Shown here in pieces: positions 35,448-49,824 of a stretch of DNA of 64,000 nucleotides. Numbering within the stretch: position 1 is the stretch's first letter; each line of letters opens with the position of its first letter. A program made the position numbers and the translations under genes. Source of the stretch: Narcine bancroftii (lineage: Eukaryota); the NCBI RefSeq assembly GCF_036971445.1, contig NC_091470.1:190278001-190342000 (forward strand). Reading direction: 5' to 3'. The notes beneath the pieces are model-generated. The model was given only the letters and a program-made list of their open reading frames with translations. It had not been told where the DNA came from and ran no database searches.

Positions 35448-36212
35448 TGTTACGAGTCCAGAGGATCCCAAAACCCAGCAGGGGTTAAACAAAAGTTGCT
35501 TTTAATTATCTTTGAACATGAAAATAGAATCAAACTTTAACTTATCTCTATTGACTCACTTACCCTACTTAACCACCTTCTAATTCTAAGTGCACGTGTG
35601 TGTAATGTGTGTGTGTAAGTTCAGCAAAGTTCTTTGGTTCACAGTCCAATGTCACTGGTTGCAGGCAATTCTTGTACTCTGCACAGAAGTTAACATTAAT
35701 AAAGTTCACCAGGCTTTGATGCTTAACAAGTAAATGGTTACCACTCAGAAGGGTTCTTGTTGTTCTTCAGAGAGGGAGTTTTTCTGTTTCCAGGACAGCC
35801 ACCATGGAGTTCCTTTCTGTTTCTCCTATTCCAAGGGAAACACCGGACAGCCAGCCCTCTCCTTTGACCAGGCCGTCTTCCAAAATTTGCTAGCTTTGTC
35901 CCTCTGGAACCAACGTCTGCCTGTCTGTCTCTCTCTGAGAGCAAAGCCTGCTTTTTTCTCTGTCCTCTGCCTGCAAAGATCACATGACCCCCCCCCCCCC
36001 CCCCCCCCAAGACAAGTTCTGGTTTCCAGACAAAGCTGCTACTGCCTGTTATTACATTTGTTGCTTTTTGCAAACAACAGTCCATCATGAGTCTCTGAGC
36101 TCTCTTGCAAAAGCTCCTGCAAAAATTCTGTGTTTTAAAGTGTTTGAGTGTGACCTGCTCTAACAAACCTTCCCCAATTTATCTCCCAAACACCTCTATA
36201 TACTCTGTCACA
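35448..36212 (-). mobile_element. Solo LTR (765 bp), family shared with 46453-47479 and 62357-63161
   Basis: TGTTAC...GTCACA termini, flanks gtgc/gtat, and clear alignment to the other copies. Strand assignment is tentative. Confidence 0.85.
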
Positions 36213-36639
36213 GTATAATGGTGATTAGCGGTTTTGGTGAGTAACCTGTGATTTACTGGGCAATAAAGTTGGTCAGCCCCATTTTGTTCTGATCTGCACA
36301 AGGTCACACAGCAAGTATCCACAGAGGCCAGAAAATACCCATCACGTGTCTTCCTGCATCTTCAAGTTTAAATTACTGTGTGAAAAACAGGGCTGTGAAT
36401 AAATGGAGACTGCAAGCCCAGATACAAAATGGAGATGAATAAACAGTTTGGAATTTGTGATGAACACACAGTGACCTTTGCTCACTGAACCTTTGCCAAA
36501 TGAAACTGAAAGAGCTGTTGTCTGATTATGTCAGGCAGTCTGAGCTAGGAGTACAGAGGGGATTTCCAACACATCAGTTCCTGCTCTTTACAATCCAATC
36601 TTTCAGACTCTCCTTTCTGCCCCTTCTTTCTTACTACCT

Positions 36640-36883
36640 TGTGATAAGCACCACCTGTAACCAGAGAGACTAGACTGAGGAAACGATAGGCTTTAATATA
36701 CAGAAGAACTTTGCTGTCCCAGATTTAGGTATAGGAATGGAGGAAAGGGAGGGGTAGCTTGAACTTTATGGCCCAGGGCCACGAGGGAGGAGTCATAGGG
36801 TATGAGTCATCAATGGGCAGGTCAGGTCCATATATACAATAGTCAATTATAACTATATACAATGGAGGAAACTTATCACCACA
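36640..36883 (-). mobile_element. Probable solo LTR (about 244 bp)
   Basis: TGTGATAAG...CTTATCACCACA inverted ends with flanks acct/ccct. Confidence 0.55.
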
Positions 36884-37394
36884 CCCTGCTCTTATATTTT
36901 CCCAGGTGAGTTCTGTGTGTTTTTACAACCAGATGGAGGCCATTTGAGTCTCTGATCCATTCCCTTCAAACAGTTCTTCCCAGATTCCTACTAATACACT
37001 CCATGAAGGACATCTTTCAGAAGCGGTGCCTCAAGGAAGTAGCTTCTATCCTCAAGGACCCTCCCTTTTCTCCCTGCTACCATCAGGATGGAGGTCAAGG
37101 ACTCAGACGCAATGTAACAAAAAATAGCTTCTTCCCTCTGCCATCAGATTTCCACATGGACCCTACTGCTCTTTTTCTCTCTTTTGCACTAGTTATTTAT
37201 TTTTAAAAATCTTGTATTTACAGAATTGCAATTTGTAGAAATTTTGCACCTTGTTTTGCACAGTAAATGCTGCCACAAAACAATAAATTTTGTGATGCAT
37301 GTTCGTGACAGTAAACTTGTTTTGATTCTGATTCTATCACCCATCTACAAACCTGACTTGGGATACAACAGCCAATTATCCCACTAACCGGCAT

Positions 37395-37530
37395 CGTGAG
37401 GGGCAGGGAAGAAACTAGAGCACCCAGAGGAAACCCACAGAATGACAGAGAGAACATGGAAACTCCACACAGTCTGCGCCGGAGGTCAGGATCGAACCGG
37501 GGTCATTGGAGCTATGCAGCAGTGGCTCTC
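37395..37530 (-). mobile_element. V-SINE fragment (another copy at about 38440-38548)
   Basis: GGTTCGATCC B-box and the V core on the minus strand. Confidence 0.7.
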
Positions 37531-39549
37531 CCAGTTAAGCCCCAAGTACTCCCTGTAGATTTTCCTTTCAGAAATCTCCTTTAGATCAAATACTATTTAT
37601 CATCATGTGATAAAACAGAAATTTAATATTACATGAAATTGCATTTAGTCTGCAATAAGGCATTCTGCAATGAAGAATTCTTCTGTCATCAGCTGTGGAG
37701 GTCTTCCTTGTCCTTTCAGTCCCTTGGTGGTTACTGAGGTCACCAGTTCACTCTTTCTTCTTAGTGGTATTCCAAACATCCTAAGATTTGTGTGCTGTCC
37801 CTTCCAGTTTTATTCTTATTTTTCAGTCTCATAATGGCTTCTTTGACTTCCATTGGCACAACTCGGGTCCTCATGTTGATAAATGGCAACTACAGACTCC
37901 AAAGGTAGCCCAGCTCTCTTATACCTGCACTAATGAAGCAATTAAACATACCTGAGCACTCACAAGCCCCCGTGAAGCCAAATATCCCAAACATAATGGT
38001 GCCCTGAAATGGGGGAACTATGTATAAAAAGTTCTGTAAATTCCACATGGTCTAACCAAAATGTATCCAAATAACCTTGAATAATGTGGAATGTGCACTT
38101 TAATCACATAACCATATAACAAATACAGCATAGAAACAGGCCAACTTGGCCCCTCTTGCCAACGTCGAACACTTTCTCCCACCTAACCCCATTGATCTAC
38201 CCTCAACCCGTAACCCTCCACTCCTTTCCCATCCATGTACAGATCCAACTTCTCCTTAAATGCTAAATATCGAGCCCTCCACTACTTCATCTGGAAGCTC
38301 GTTCCACACACCCACCACTCTCTTGAGTAAAGAAGTCCTCTAAACTTTTGCCCCCTAACTCTCAACTCATGTCCTCACGTTTGTATGTGGATTGTTTGAT
38401 TAAAAACTAAAAACTGTGGAGTGCAGGGGTGGGAGGGAACTGAAGCCCACACTAACATGGGGAGAACGTACAAACTGCATACAGACAGCGTGGGATTTGA
38501 ACCCCAGTTTCGATCACTGACGCTGTAAAGGTGTTGGTTTAACTGTGCCTTTGTCCCAAACAGTATGAAGGACATGTTCGCTCTGTCCGCTGCAACAGCG
38601 AGGATCTCCCAGTGACCACCCATTTCAATTCCACACCCTATTCCCACACTGACACGCCTGTCCATTGGCCCCATGCACCGCGACTCACTGCCCTCTTCCT
38701 CTGTCGCTTCGAACCACCTGTATCCACCTCTCAAACTTTCTGCGGCCGAAGAACACACAGGCAGTTGGCGACTCGAGGCGAGAAACCCAGGCAGGCTGTG
38801 GGCGGCTGGAGACTATGGTCGAGGGACTCACACCAAGCGGCGGACTGCTGGAGACTGGCTGAAGGGGTATCAGGTTTTGGAACGTTGATGCAGTGGGGAT
38901 GGGGGGGGGGGGGGGGTGTTGCCGAAGGCGCTGAAGGTTTCCTGATTCGTGTCAGAAGTTCGGATCTGGAGGTCGGGCTGCTGATGGTTTGGACTGGGCT
39001 CTCTGGGGGCTGTGGCAGCGCGGGAGGCGAATCCACGGACACTTGGTGTTGCTTCTCTTTCTCTGACTGTAGGAGGCTCTCCAGGCACTTTCTGCCGATG
39101 GCGAATCTTGTCTGCCTTAAAGCAAATTTCATTTAATATGGCACTGGGTGTTTTTAATTACATGAAAATAAGGAAATATTGAATCGCCTGTTATCCTCTG
39201 CTTCCCCCATCCCATTTCTCCTCTCCCCACCTTTATATTCCTTTATTCACAGACTTTGCCTTCTGCCAGTCAGCCAATTTACCATCCACGCCTGAAAATT
39301 TTGCCTAATACCATGGGCTCCTTCTATCTTGTTCAGCAGTCTCATGTGCGGCACCTTCTGAAAACCCGAGAGAAATGCCTCTCCCCAAAGGGGTTAGTTT
39401 TGGATTTATAGAGGGAGAGAGAGAGAGCAGGGATAGGGGTTGGCTTCCCATTGACCTCCAGCACTCGGAATCAAGGCTATACATATCTGCGGATGCTGAG
39501 AGAATACAAGGTAGGTGGAGGCAAACAAGCCTGTACATGCTGGGAACTG

Positions 39550-42500
39550 GAGCAAAAAAAGTAATTGCTATTGCAATTTTTAAAGATTTTCTTGGTATTT
39601 GTCCAATTATATCCTTTTCATAAATAGCTCCAAGTAAAAATATTATTGGCTCCTTTGGTATCTTTATCTTCATAATTTGCCCTAATAATAAACTCAGTTC
39701 ATTCCAAAACTTTTCCACTTTTTCACAAGTCCACACTGAAAGCAAAAATGTTCCTATTTCTTTCGCACATCGAAAATACTTATTTGAATAATTAGGATTA
39801 AGTCCATTTAACCTATGTGGAGTAATAATACAATTGATGAAGAAAATTATATTGAACCATTTGATATCTAACATTCACTGTATTCGTAACACTTTCATAA
39901 CATAATTTTGACCAAATCTCCTCCTGAATTTGTATATTTAAATCTTTCTTCCATCAGATTTTTGATTTATATCAATCTTCTTTCTTTACGGTCTGTTTTA
40001 ATTTTATATAGATTTCTTAAAATAAATGTATTTATTATTACATCTTCAAATTTACTGTTTAGGAAGTATCAAATCTGCTCCCAGTCTCTTTTTCAAATAC
40101 ACTTTTAATTGATAATATGCAAAATTGTATTGTTATGCATGTTGTATTTATCTTTTAATTGATCCAAAGTTAAGAAAAAAGATCCAAAGATTCTCTGTAT
40201 ACCCTTACCACACAAATTATCAAATAAAGAATTATTCAAGTTACAGGAAGAAGTTGATTTTGTTTTAACATCTTTTTGGTAATTGATAATTTTTAATTCC
40301 TCTCTCAATATGAATTCTATTCCATATGTTTAAAATATTTTTCAATACGGAAAAATCTTTAGTTCCTTTAAATGACTCACTATTCCATTTATACAAAATT
40401 AACTCTGGAATAGTTTCAACAATTTTATTCATTTCTATTTGAATCCAAGCTGGCTTTTCATCCTGTTGATAACAGGAGGACAAAATTGAGTTGCTTTAAA
40501 ATAATTCTTAAAATTTGGTAATCTTAGTCCAACCTGATCAAATTTTTCTAAACCAATTCTTGTCATCTTACCTTTCCAAAGAAATTCATGTATTATTTTA
40601 TTCAAGTTTTGAAAGAAAAATACTTGAATGGGCAATGATAGAAACAAATATTGTATTCTTAGAAAAATGTTCATTTTAATACAATTCACTCATCCTATTA
40701 ACATTATTGGTAAATCTTTCATCTTTTCAAATTTTTTTAACAATGGCATAATTTAGTTTAAACAAATTACTTATACTTCTACTAATTTAATTTCTTAAGT
40801 ATTTAATTGCTTCATTTTGCCATTTAAATTTTGTCAATCTTTTACATTGAGAGTAATTCACTTTTATCCACATTCACTTTATAACCTGATACTAATCCAT
40901 ACTCATTTAATCTCTCATTCAATTTATTTAAATATATTTCTGGTCTCATTAAATATACTATAAAATCATTAACAAATAAATGAATTTTATGTTCTTTATT
41001 TCCTACTTCAAATCCTTTAATTTCATTATAGTTCTAATTACTTCTGTCAATGGTTCAATCGCTATTGCAAACAAAAAGGGTGATAATGAACAACCTTGTC
41101 TAGAAGACCTTTCAAGCAAAAAGGGCTGTGAGATTTGTTTATTTGTAACCACTTTTGCTTTTGGTTGATAATACAATGCCTTTATCCAGTTTATAAAAGT
41201 ATTTGGAATCCCAAAACCATTAAGTGTCTTAAATTAAAAATCCCATTCCAAATGATCAAATGCTTTCTCTGCATCTAATGTTGACACTTCCATGGGAATC
41301 TTCCTGTTTTGTGCTATATTTGCCAAACTTAAAAATTTAACTATGTTATATATGCTTTTCTATTTTTAATGAAGCCAGTTTGATCTAAACTTATTAATTT
41401 TGGCAAAAATTCAACTAACCTATTAGCTAACAATTGCAATACAATTTTATAGTCTGTATTCAATAATTCAATAATGATATAGGTCTATATCAATAAGCCT
41501 GTAAACAATCTTTCCCTTTTTTTAGAATTACAGTTATTAATGCTGTTTTAAAAGATTCAGGTAGATCATGAACCTCTTTCATTTGATCTAATACCTCCAT
41601 CAATACTGGTATTAATAGCTCCTATTCCAAGGGAAACACCGGACAGTCCTTTCCTTTGACCAGGCCATCTTTCAAAGCTTGCCAGCTTGTCCCTCTGGGA
41701 CCAATGTCTGTGTCTGTCCTTTCTCTCTCTCACTTCCTCCTCTCTGAGTGCAAAGTCTTCTTTTTTCTATGTTCTCTGCCTGCAAAGATCGCATGACCCT
41801 CCAGACAGAAAGTTCTGTTTTTCAGACAAAGCTGCCCTGCATGTTGTTACATTTGTTGCCCTTTTGCAAACAACAGCCCATCATGAGTCTGAGCACTCTT
41901 GCAAAAGCTCCTGCAAAAATTCTGTGTTTTAAAGTGTTTGTGTGTGACCTGCTCAAACAAACCTTTCCCAATTTATGTCCCAAACACTTTCACTACTCTT
42001 TATAAAATTCTGGTGGGAAACCATCTTCACCTGGTGCCTTATTATTCTGTAAAGGCATTAGAGTTTCATAAACATTTTCTGAAAAATTCTCAAACAGTCT
42101 CATCTTTTTGTCCACCTTTAACACCGTTAATTTAATTTGTCTCAAATAATCTCTTATTTTATTATCATCTTTCTTAGACTCTGAACGATAACATTTAGCA
42201 TAAACGTCTTCAAAATTATCATTTATTTTCTGCATTTTATGTTATCTATCCTGATCATTTCTTTGTAGCAACTATTGTTCTAGAAATCTGTTCCATTTTT
42301 AATTGCCATGCTAAAACCCAATTTATAATATCTTTGATATATTCTTATTATATCTCTCTCCATTCTATAAGTCTGCACAACTCTGAGTCTTAATTTCTTC
42401 AACTCTAACAATGATCTCTTCTCCTCATCTTTATGTATTTGAATTTCCTTCTCCAATTTTATTATTTCTATATCTAACTGAGTTATTTCTTTCATATATT

Positions 42501-44875
42501 CTTTCTTTATCTTTGATAAAGTATAACTTATTATTTGACCTCTGAAATATGCCTTCATTGAACCCCATAATACAAATTTACTTGCAACTGAATCCTTATT
42601 AGTATCTAGAAAAAGTTTTATCTGTTGCCTCATAAAATCACAATATTCCCTTTTCTTCAACAAAATAGCATTTAACCTCCATCTATAACCTAGCTTTTGT
42701 TCTTCTTCCAATGAAACATACAAAATTAAAGGTGATTGATCTAATAAAACCCACACTTGATATTCCACTCTTTGTATTCTATATTGAAGTTGTGCAGAAA
42801 TTAAAAACATATCTATCTGTGAATATGTTTTAAATTGAAAAGAACAAAAATAATAATTTCTTTCACTTGGGTGGATTTTTCTCCATATATCCATTGAATC
42901 CATATCTTTCATCAAATCTGTTTCCATTTTTGCTACCTTATTTTTCATCATTCTATCTCCAGATCTATCTAATTTAGGGTCTAAAGCAAAATTAAAATCC
43001 CATCCCTATATACATTTTCCTTTTGCATTTGATAAATTCATAAAGACATCTTGCAAAAATCCTCTACATTTGATGATTATACATTCATTGAGGTCCATTG
43101 TTCCAAATAAATCTGACAATTCACCACAACATATCTCCCCATTACATCTATATTAATATCCAATATTTTAACTGGTACATTTTTATTAATTAATATTGCT
43201 GTACCTCTAGACTTAGAATTAAAAGATAATGCTATTACTGTTTCTACCCAATCTTGTTTTAATTTTTGATGTTGTTTTCCATTAAATGTGTTTCCTGAAA
43301 AAAATCTGTCTGTTTTAATTTTTTTCATATAAACTAATAATTTTTTCTGCTTTATTTGATTCTGAATCCTATTAATATTAATACTAATAAAATTCAATTT
43401 ATCAGCCATCTAAACACTCATTAAATCCAAAAACCATCCAATTTTCCATCTCCACTCCTCCTACATCCAAAATACTAACTAAATATTTCATAATACAATT
43501 ATTACATTTAGGTGTATTAGAGAGAAAAAGAAAGAAAAGAAAGAAAAGAACAGAAACCCTACCCTCCCCCCAGCCCCCCCAGGCGTATGTTATTAACAGT
43601 GCGTCTTTATACCCTTGATCTATAGGAGTTGTGAACAAAAACCACACCCGCCATTAGATTCTGCGGAGGCCAGGCTCATACTCTCACCGAACTCTCCAAA
43701 AATTGTACTCTCTCTTATGCCTCAAATCTACTTAAAATTACAATGATCAATTCATTTTTTTATACAGATCTACCATGTAAAAACTGTCCTCTCTAATATT
43801 CTCTCTCCTCCTAAAACTTATATCATTTCATTATACATCCCCAGATGCAAACTTTGTACTTCTCTCCCTCTCTTCAAATATCTCCCAGTTCTCGTCTCAT
43901 TTTCTCAGGCAACAAATCTGCAAACACTTTCGCCTCATTGGGTTGCGTAAAAAATCTATTTGTACCCTCAGGAACAAAAACTTCTAACACTGCTGAGTAC
44001 CTTAAAACAAAAGTGTAAGCTTTTTTCCATAGCACATTTTTAAATTCTTTTCTTTTTTTACAACAAATCAAAATTTATATCAGGGTTAAAAAAAAATCTT
44101 ATTATCATTATGAATCAATGGTGATTGTCTCTCCTCTGTTTGCTTTGCAGCCAGCTCCAAGATCTTCTCCCTCACTTCATAACGAAGCAACTTGAACAGA
44201 ATCAAATGTGGTTTCTGATCTGGCTGTGGCATAGGTCACAATGCTCGATGAGCTCTTTCAATCTCAATATATCCTTTAAATTCAGTTACCCCCCCAAATT
44301 TGGCGGAATCCAACGTCATAAAAATCTCTTTATATCTTGCCCTTCATCGCCTTCCTGAAGTCCTACAATTTTTAAATTATTTCTTCTACTAAAATTTTCA
44401 AACATATCAATTTTTTGAGCTAATTGTTCGTTAGTTGCAGCCTCCGCAGGTTGAACTTCTTCATTTGCACTTCAACCTGCTGAATTTCAAATTCATTATC
44501 TTTAATTTTTGCGTCCATCACTTCAAATTTTTGTTACATTTGAGACAGCGACCTTCCACCTTCTTCGTAGAACCCTTATTTTCAATTATACCCTCATTAC
44601 ATTTTTTAATTTCCCTTGTTAACTGAAACAAAGTTTGCAGGAAGGAATCCCTATACTTCTTCATTTCAGTTGTAGATATACAAGACTCCTTTATTTTCTC
44701 CTGTTTTTTGGCCAAGACTCTGTGTTCAACAAACATTTCTTCTTCCTGCTCCTCTTCCTGATCACTGGAGCTGGAGGCTTCTTGAACTTTTTAAAAAATG
44801 GCCTCCTTTCTTTGCGCTTTGCTCTGAATGGGGAGCACAAAGTACCTTGGCGTCCATTTAAAGGACGACCTCTCC
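39550..44875 (-). mobile_element. Near full-length degenerate L1 (ORF1 about 44800-43874; ORF2 from 43409)
   Basis: APE start MADKLNFISININRI and SRGTAILINK; APGEDGFPPEFYK; SRQGCSLSPFLFAIAIEPL; zinc knuckle region FRCAKEIGT. Confidence 0.92.
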
Positions 44876-44879
44876 TGGA

Positions 44880-45430
44880 CCCACAACTCCTCTTCGTTAA
44901 TCAAGAAGGTGCAGCAGCGCCTACACTTCCTAAGGTAGTTGAGGAGGGCAAGGCTACCGGCCCCCATCCTAACAACGTTCTACAGGAGCGCAATAGAGAG
45001 CATCCTGGCTGGCTGCAACAGGTATATTAGCAGCAAAGCAGCAGATCGGAGGTCAATACTGAGGGTGATTAAAACTGCTGAAAAGATCTCCCTTCCCTCC
45101 ATCAATGATATCAACAGGGAGCTGAGCTTAAAGTGGGCTCAGAGAATCATGACCTTACTTGTCCAGCCTGACACTACCTTCAAGGACCATAAAAACCAGG
45201 ACTGCCAGGCTGGGAAACTGCTCCTTCTCACAGGCAATGAGACTGTTGAACAATGCTAGAAACCTGTAAATTAATTTAGATCTCAGTATTTTGGATTGCC
45301 AAGTATATCTGTCGTTTGTGTGTAGGGTGCACTATGTGTCTGTGAGATACGCTGATTTGTCAAGTTGTGTATATGTATATGTATATGTATGTGTGTATAC
45401 AATCAGATCACAATAAACTTGAACATGAAC
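44880..45430 (+). mobile_element. Rex1/Babar LINE 3' fragment
   Basis: Encodes RRLHFLR and LTTFYRSAIESILAGC; tail AATAAACTTGAAC. Confidence 0.75.
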
Positions 45431-45879
45431 CGCCATCCATCACACAGGATTTTAAATGCCTGACTATCATGAAGGAGGTTGAGGAGCATCAGGGCTGCCA
45501 GGTTGGGATATAGCTTCTTCCCACAGGCTCTAAGATTGATGAATATTCTGAAACATTGGGTCTCTTATATTAAACAAATATTTCAGTCCAGAATATTTAT
45601 ATGTATGTATATTTTTATTCATATGCTGTATGTGATCTTAATGCGCTGTTTATGATGTGTGTATGTCCATCATGACCCAGAGAAATGCTGTTTTTGTTTG
45701 ATTTTTCTCAGACGATTACAAACTTGATCTTTTCTTTTCTCTTCATTTTCTCCTTTCTTCTGCAAAATGAGGTGAGGTTCACTGAGTCGCTCAGAGTTGA
45801 AACAGGCTCTTTGGCCCAACTTCCCCACACCGACCAAAGCGTCCCACCCACAACTCATCCCACCTGCCGGTATTTGGCC

Positions 45880-46052
45880 TGTGGTGATATGGCCACCAGG
45901 GGTCATCCCAGTGACCTTGTATATAAAGCAGTCCAGAGTTACAGTCTAGCCTTCTGGGTTTGTCTTGCAGAGAGTCAAGACCTCGTAGTGTACATATTAG
46001 TTTATTAAAGCTGTCTTATACTCGCACTGCTGGTGTGGTTATTGTCAATACA
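45880..46052 (+). mobile_element. Small solo LTR (173 bp)
   Basis: TGT...ACA termini, TSD tggcc/tggtc, TATATAAA and ATTAAA. Confidence 0.7.
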
Positions 46053-46452
46053 TGGTCAACAGTCCTGGAGACTTATCCTATCCATTTATGTGTCCAATTT
46101 CTTAAACATTAGTACGTACCTCAACCACCTCCTCCTGCAGCCCCTCAAGTTAAATCTCTCTCCATCTGGTTTCCCCTTCCCCAACTCTGGGAAAAAGACT
46201 CTCTGCATACACTTGATCTCTTCCTCTCATGATTTTGTATACCTTGGTGAGATCGCCTCCTGCGCTCTAAAGAATAAAATCCTGGCCTACTCAACTTCAC
46301 GCTCTTACTCAAACCTCCCCCATCTCCCAAGTCTGCTAATTCTGATTCTGATTTACTCACTGTATCATTGCCTGGAGAGAATTGCTGGACCATTCTGTTC
46401 CTTTAAGATTATCCATGGCTGAGAGAGTGAGGAGCACAAAGTTCCTTGGCAT

Positions 46453-47479
46453 TGTGATGGGCCCAGAGGACCCCAAAACCCAGCAGCAACAGAAATTCAC
46501 CAAGACAAATGGTTACATAAACACAAGTTACTTTTAATTTTCTTTAAACATAAAAACAGGATCAAACTTTAACTTATTACTATGAACTTAACTTAATTTA
46601 ACCCCCTTCTAATTCTAAGTGCACGTGTATGTAATGTGTACAAGTTCAGAAAAGTTATTTGATTTACAGTCCACTCTCACTTCTCACTCCTCCAAGTTCA
46701 CCGGTATCAGGCAATTCTTATACTATGCACAGAATATAACATTTATGAATCTTCACTAGGCTTTGGTGCTTGAAAGGCAAATGGTTACCACTCAGGAAGG
46801 TTCCTGTTGGATTTCAGAGACAGATTTGTTGCTCATTGGACACCCACAAACTGATTCCTTCCAACCAGCCACATCAATGTCTTGCTGAAGAAACTTGCTC
46901 CATCAGGGTTTTCCAGATGATAACCTCTTTCTTTCAGGTCACCACAAAGTTGATTTTCTGTTTCCCTTATTTCAAGTGAAACATTATCAAGGCACAAGGG
47001 CTTTGAACAGGCTAAACTAAGAACTCACAACCCATCTTCAAAGTGAGGTTTCAAACAAACTTTCAAAAGCCCCTGCAGAAAACCAGCAGTCTCTCTCTCT
47101 CTCTCTCTCTCTCTCTGTCACACTCAGCGAAAACCCTGTTTGACTCTCTCTGCTTGCAAAACCACATGATCTTCTGAGAACAGAAAACTGCATTCCGACA
47201 GACTGTGGCATCAGATCCAGTCTTCTGAGTTCATTCATCTGTTGCTTTCCAAGACAATAATCCATGTCCAATGAACACCTACTTGTGAAGCAGTAAAGCA
47301 GTTTCCATTGTCTTTACAAGGCACTGGGAGCCTGGACTGTCTAGGTTGAGCAGAGCTCTGTCATTTTAAATGAGATCTGTGTTGTGAAGTGTTTGTGTTT
47401 GTTTGTGACCTACAGTAAAAAGATCCCACAATTTATCTCCTTTAAAACTACAATATAAAATATAACATAATCCATCACA
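46453..47479 (-). mobile_element. Solo LTR (1027 bp)
   Basis: TGTGATGG...CCATCACA perfect inverted ends, 4-bp TSD GCAT, and an internal (CT)n tract. Confidence 0.9.
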
Positions 47480-47804
47480 GCATCCATTTAAAGGACAACT
47501 TATCCTGGAGCCACATCTCCTCATTAGTGAAGAAGGTGCAGCAGGTGACTACACTTACTAAAGTAGCTGAGGAGGGCAATTTTACTAAATGTAGAAGGCT
47601 GTAGAAAGTGAGCACAGGACATCTACATGAGGCACAATCTCTAAAAAAACCAACAAATATATTTAGAAAAGGATTGTAGAAAGATGAGCTGTGACTTAAC
47701 AGGCATACGTCAGACGGGGTACCTGGAATGCATTGCCAGGGGCTGGTAAGATAGAGACATTTAAAAAACCCTTAGGCTGGCACATGAATGCAAGAAATAT
47801 AGAA

Positions 47805-48310
47805 AATCAGAATCAGGATTTGTTGTCATGAACGAGTCATGAAATTTGGTGTTTCGTGGCAGCGTCATAGAGCAAACATTCATATTATAGCATCTTACAA
47901 CATTATAAAAAAAATTAAAATAATAATGCATGAAAGATAAGGCAGTGTCTTTGGTTCATTGATTATTCAAGAATCTGTTGGCAGCGGGGAAGAAGCCGTC
48001 CTTGCACCGCTGAGTGCTCGTCTTCAGGCTCCTGGACCTTTTCCCTGATGGGAGCAAAGTGAAGAGGCCATGGCTTGGGTGCTGGGGTCTTTGAAGATAG
48101 AGGCTGCTTTTATGTCATGGCCTCTTGTAAATGTCCTCGATGGAGTGTAGCCTGGTGCCTGTGATGTTACATGCCCAGTTAACAACTCTCTAGAGTTTAT
48201 TCTTGTCCTGAGTGTTGGTGCCTCCACACCAGTCAATGATGCAACCAGTCAGAATGTTCTCCACGGTTCACCTGTAGAAGGTTACAAGCCTTCAGTGACA
48301 TACTGAACCT
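47805..48310 (-). mobile_element. Rex-type LINE 3' fragment
   Basis: Encodes KAASIFKDP on the minus strand, with a CTGATT tail. Confidence 0.65.
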
Positions 48311-48594
48311 ATGGGTGTGAAGAAAGAAAGGTTATGTGTGTGACAGAGGGAAGGGTTAGAATGCTGTGCTGCAGGTTTAAAGAAGAGGGCATGGCATTGT
48401 GGGTTGACGAATGTTCCGTGTTCCTCCATAGATGCTGCGTGCCCTGCTGCGTTAAAATGTGTATAAATGTTTTGAGATTAAAATATGTATAAGTGTTCTG
48501 GTTTGCTTGGTAACTTGAACACTGAACACTGGTGCACCTCAGGGCTGTGTGCTCACCCCTCTGCTGTTCACGCTACTGGCCCACAGCTGCATCA

Positions 48595-49670
48595 CAAGAT
48601 GACAAGGAAAAGGAACAGAAGCAGGCTATTTGGCCCATCGAGTCTTCTCCGTGAACCCTCCCAGTGCTAATTGCACATCTAGTTCCAAGTTCCAGCCTTG
48701 TCCCCATATCTCTTGATACCCTGACTAATTAGATACCTATAAATTTCCCCTTTAAATTCCCTCAAAGATCCTGCCTCCACAGCTGCATGTGGCAACAAAT
48801 TCCATAAATCTACTACCCTCTGGCTAAAGAAATTTCTCCTCATCTCTGTTGTAAATTGGTACTTTTTAATTCTAAGACTGTGCCCTCTTGTCCTGGAAAC
48901 GTCTTATTTGCATCTACTCTGTCCAATCCATTCATTATTCGAAATGTTTCTGGGAGATCCCTTCTCATTCTCCTATATGAATAGAGTCCAAGAGCCACTA
49001 AGTTTTCCTCATACATTAGCTGCCTCATTCCCGAAATCATTCTGGTAAACTTTCTCCAACCTTGCTATATCCTTTCTAAGATATGGGGCCCAAAACTGCA
49101 CACAGTTACTCCAAATGAGGTCTCACCAGTGCCCCACGGAGTCTAATCTCTTTATTCTTATACACAATTCCCTTTGAAACGAATGCCAACATTTACTGCC
49201 AATCCAACCTGGTGGACAACGCTCAGGTTATCCTGCACGAGAATCCCCAAGTCCCTTTGTGCCTCTGAGGTTTGAATTTTTTCCCCATCCAAATAATAAT
49301 CCGATTGTTTATTTCCTCATCCAACCATACATTTCTCAACATTATATCTCATCTGCTATTTCTTTGCCCATTCTACTAAGCTGTCCAAGTCTCTCTGTAA
49401 GTTTCGATTTCTTCTACATTTTGTACTTTACCACCTATCTTGGTGTCATCTGCAAACTTTGCCATGAAACCATTTAATCCACAATCTAAATCATCAATAT
49501 ACATTGTAAAAAGAAGCGGCCCTAACAACAACCCTTGTGGACATCACTAGTAACTAGCAACCAACCAAAATAGGATCCCTTTATTCATAGCCTTTGCTTC
49601 CTGTCTATCAGCCAATGCTCTACCCAATTTATTATTTTTCTGGTAACTCCATGTACTCTCCTCTTATTGC
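48595..49670 (-). mobile_element. CR1 LINE fragment
   Basis: Encodes YEENLVALGLYSYRRMRRDL and a PQGLLLGPLLF-like RT motif. Confidence 0.85.
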
Positions 49671-49824
49671 CAGATCCAACCCCAACAGTGTCATCAACAA
49701 CAACTATGAGTTACACTACAGAGAAGAGGTGGAAAATCTTGTAATGTAGTACAGGAGTAACAACCTAAGTCTTAATGTGGACAAGATGAAAAAGATGATC
49801 ATGGACTTCAGGAGAACCAGGAAT

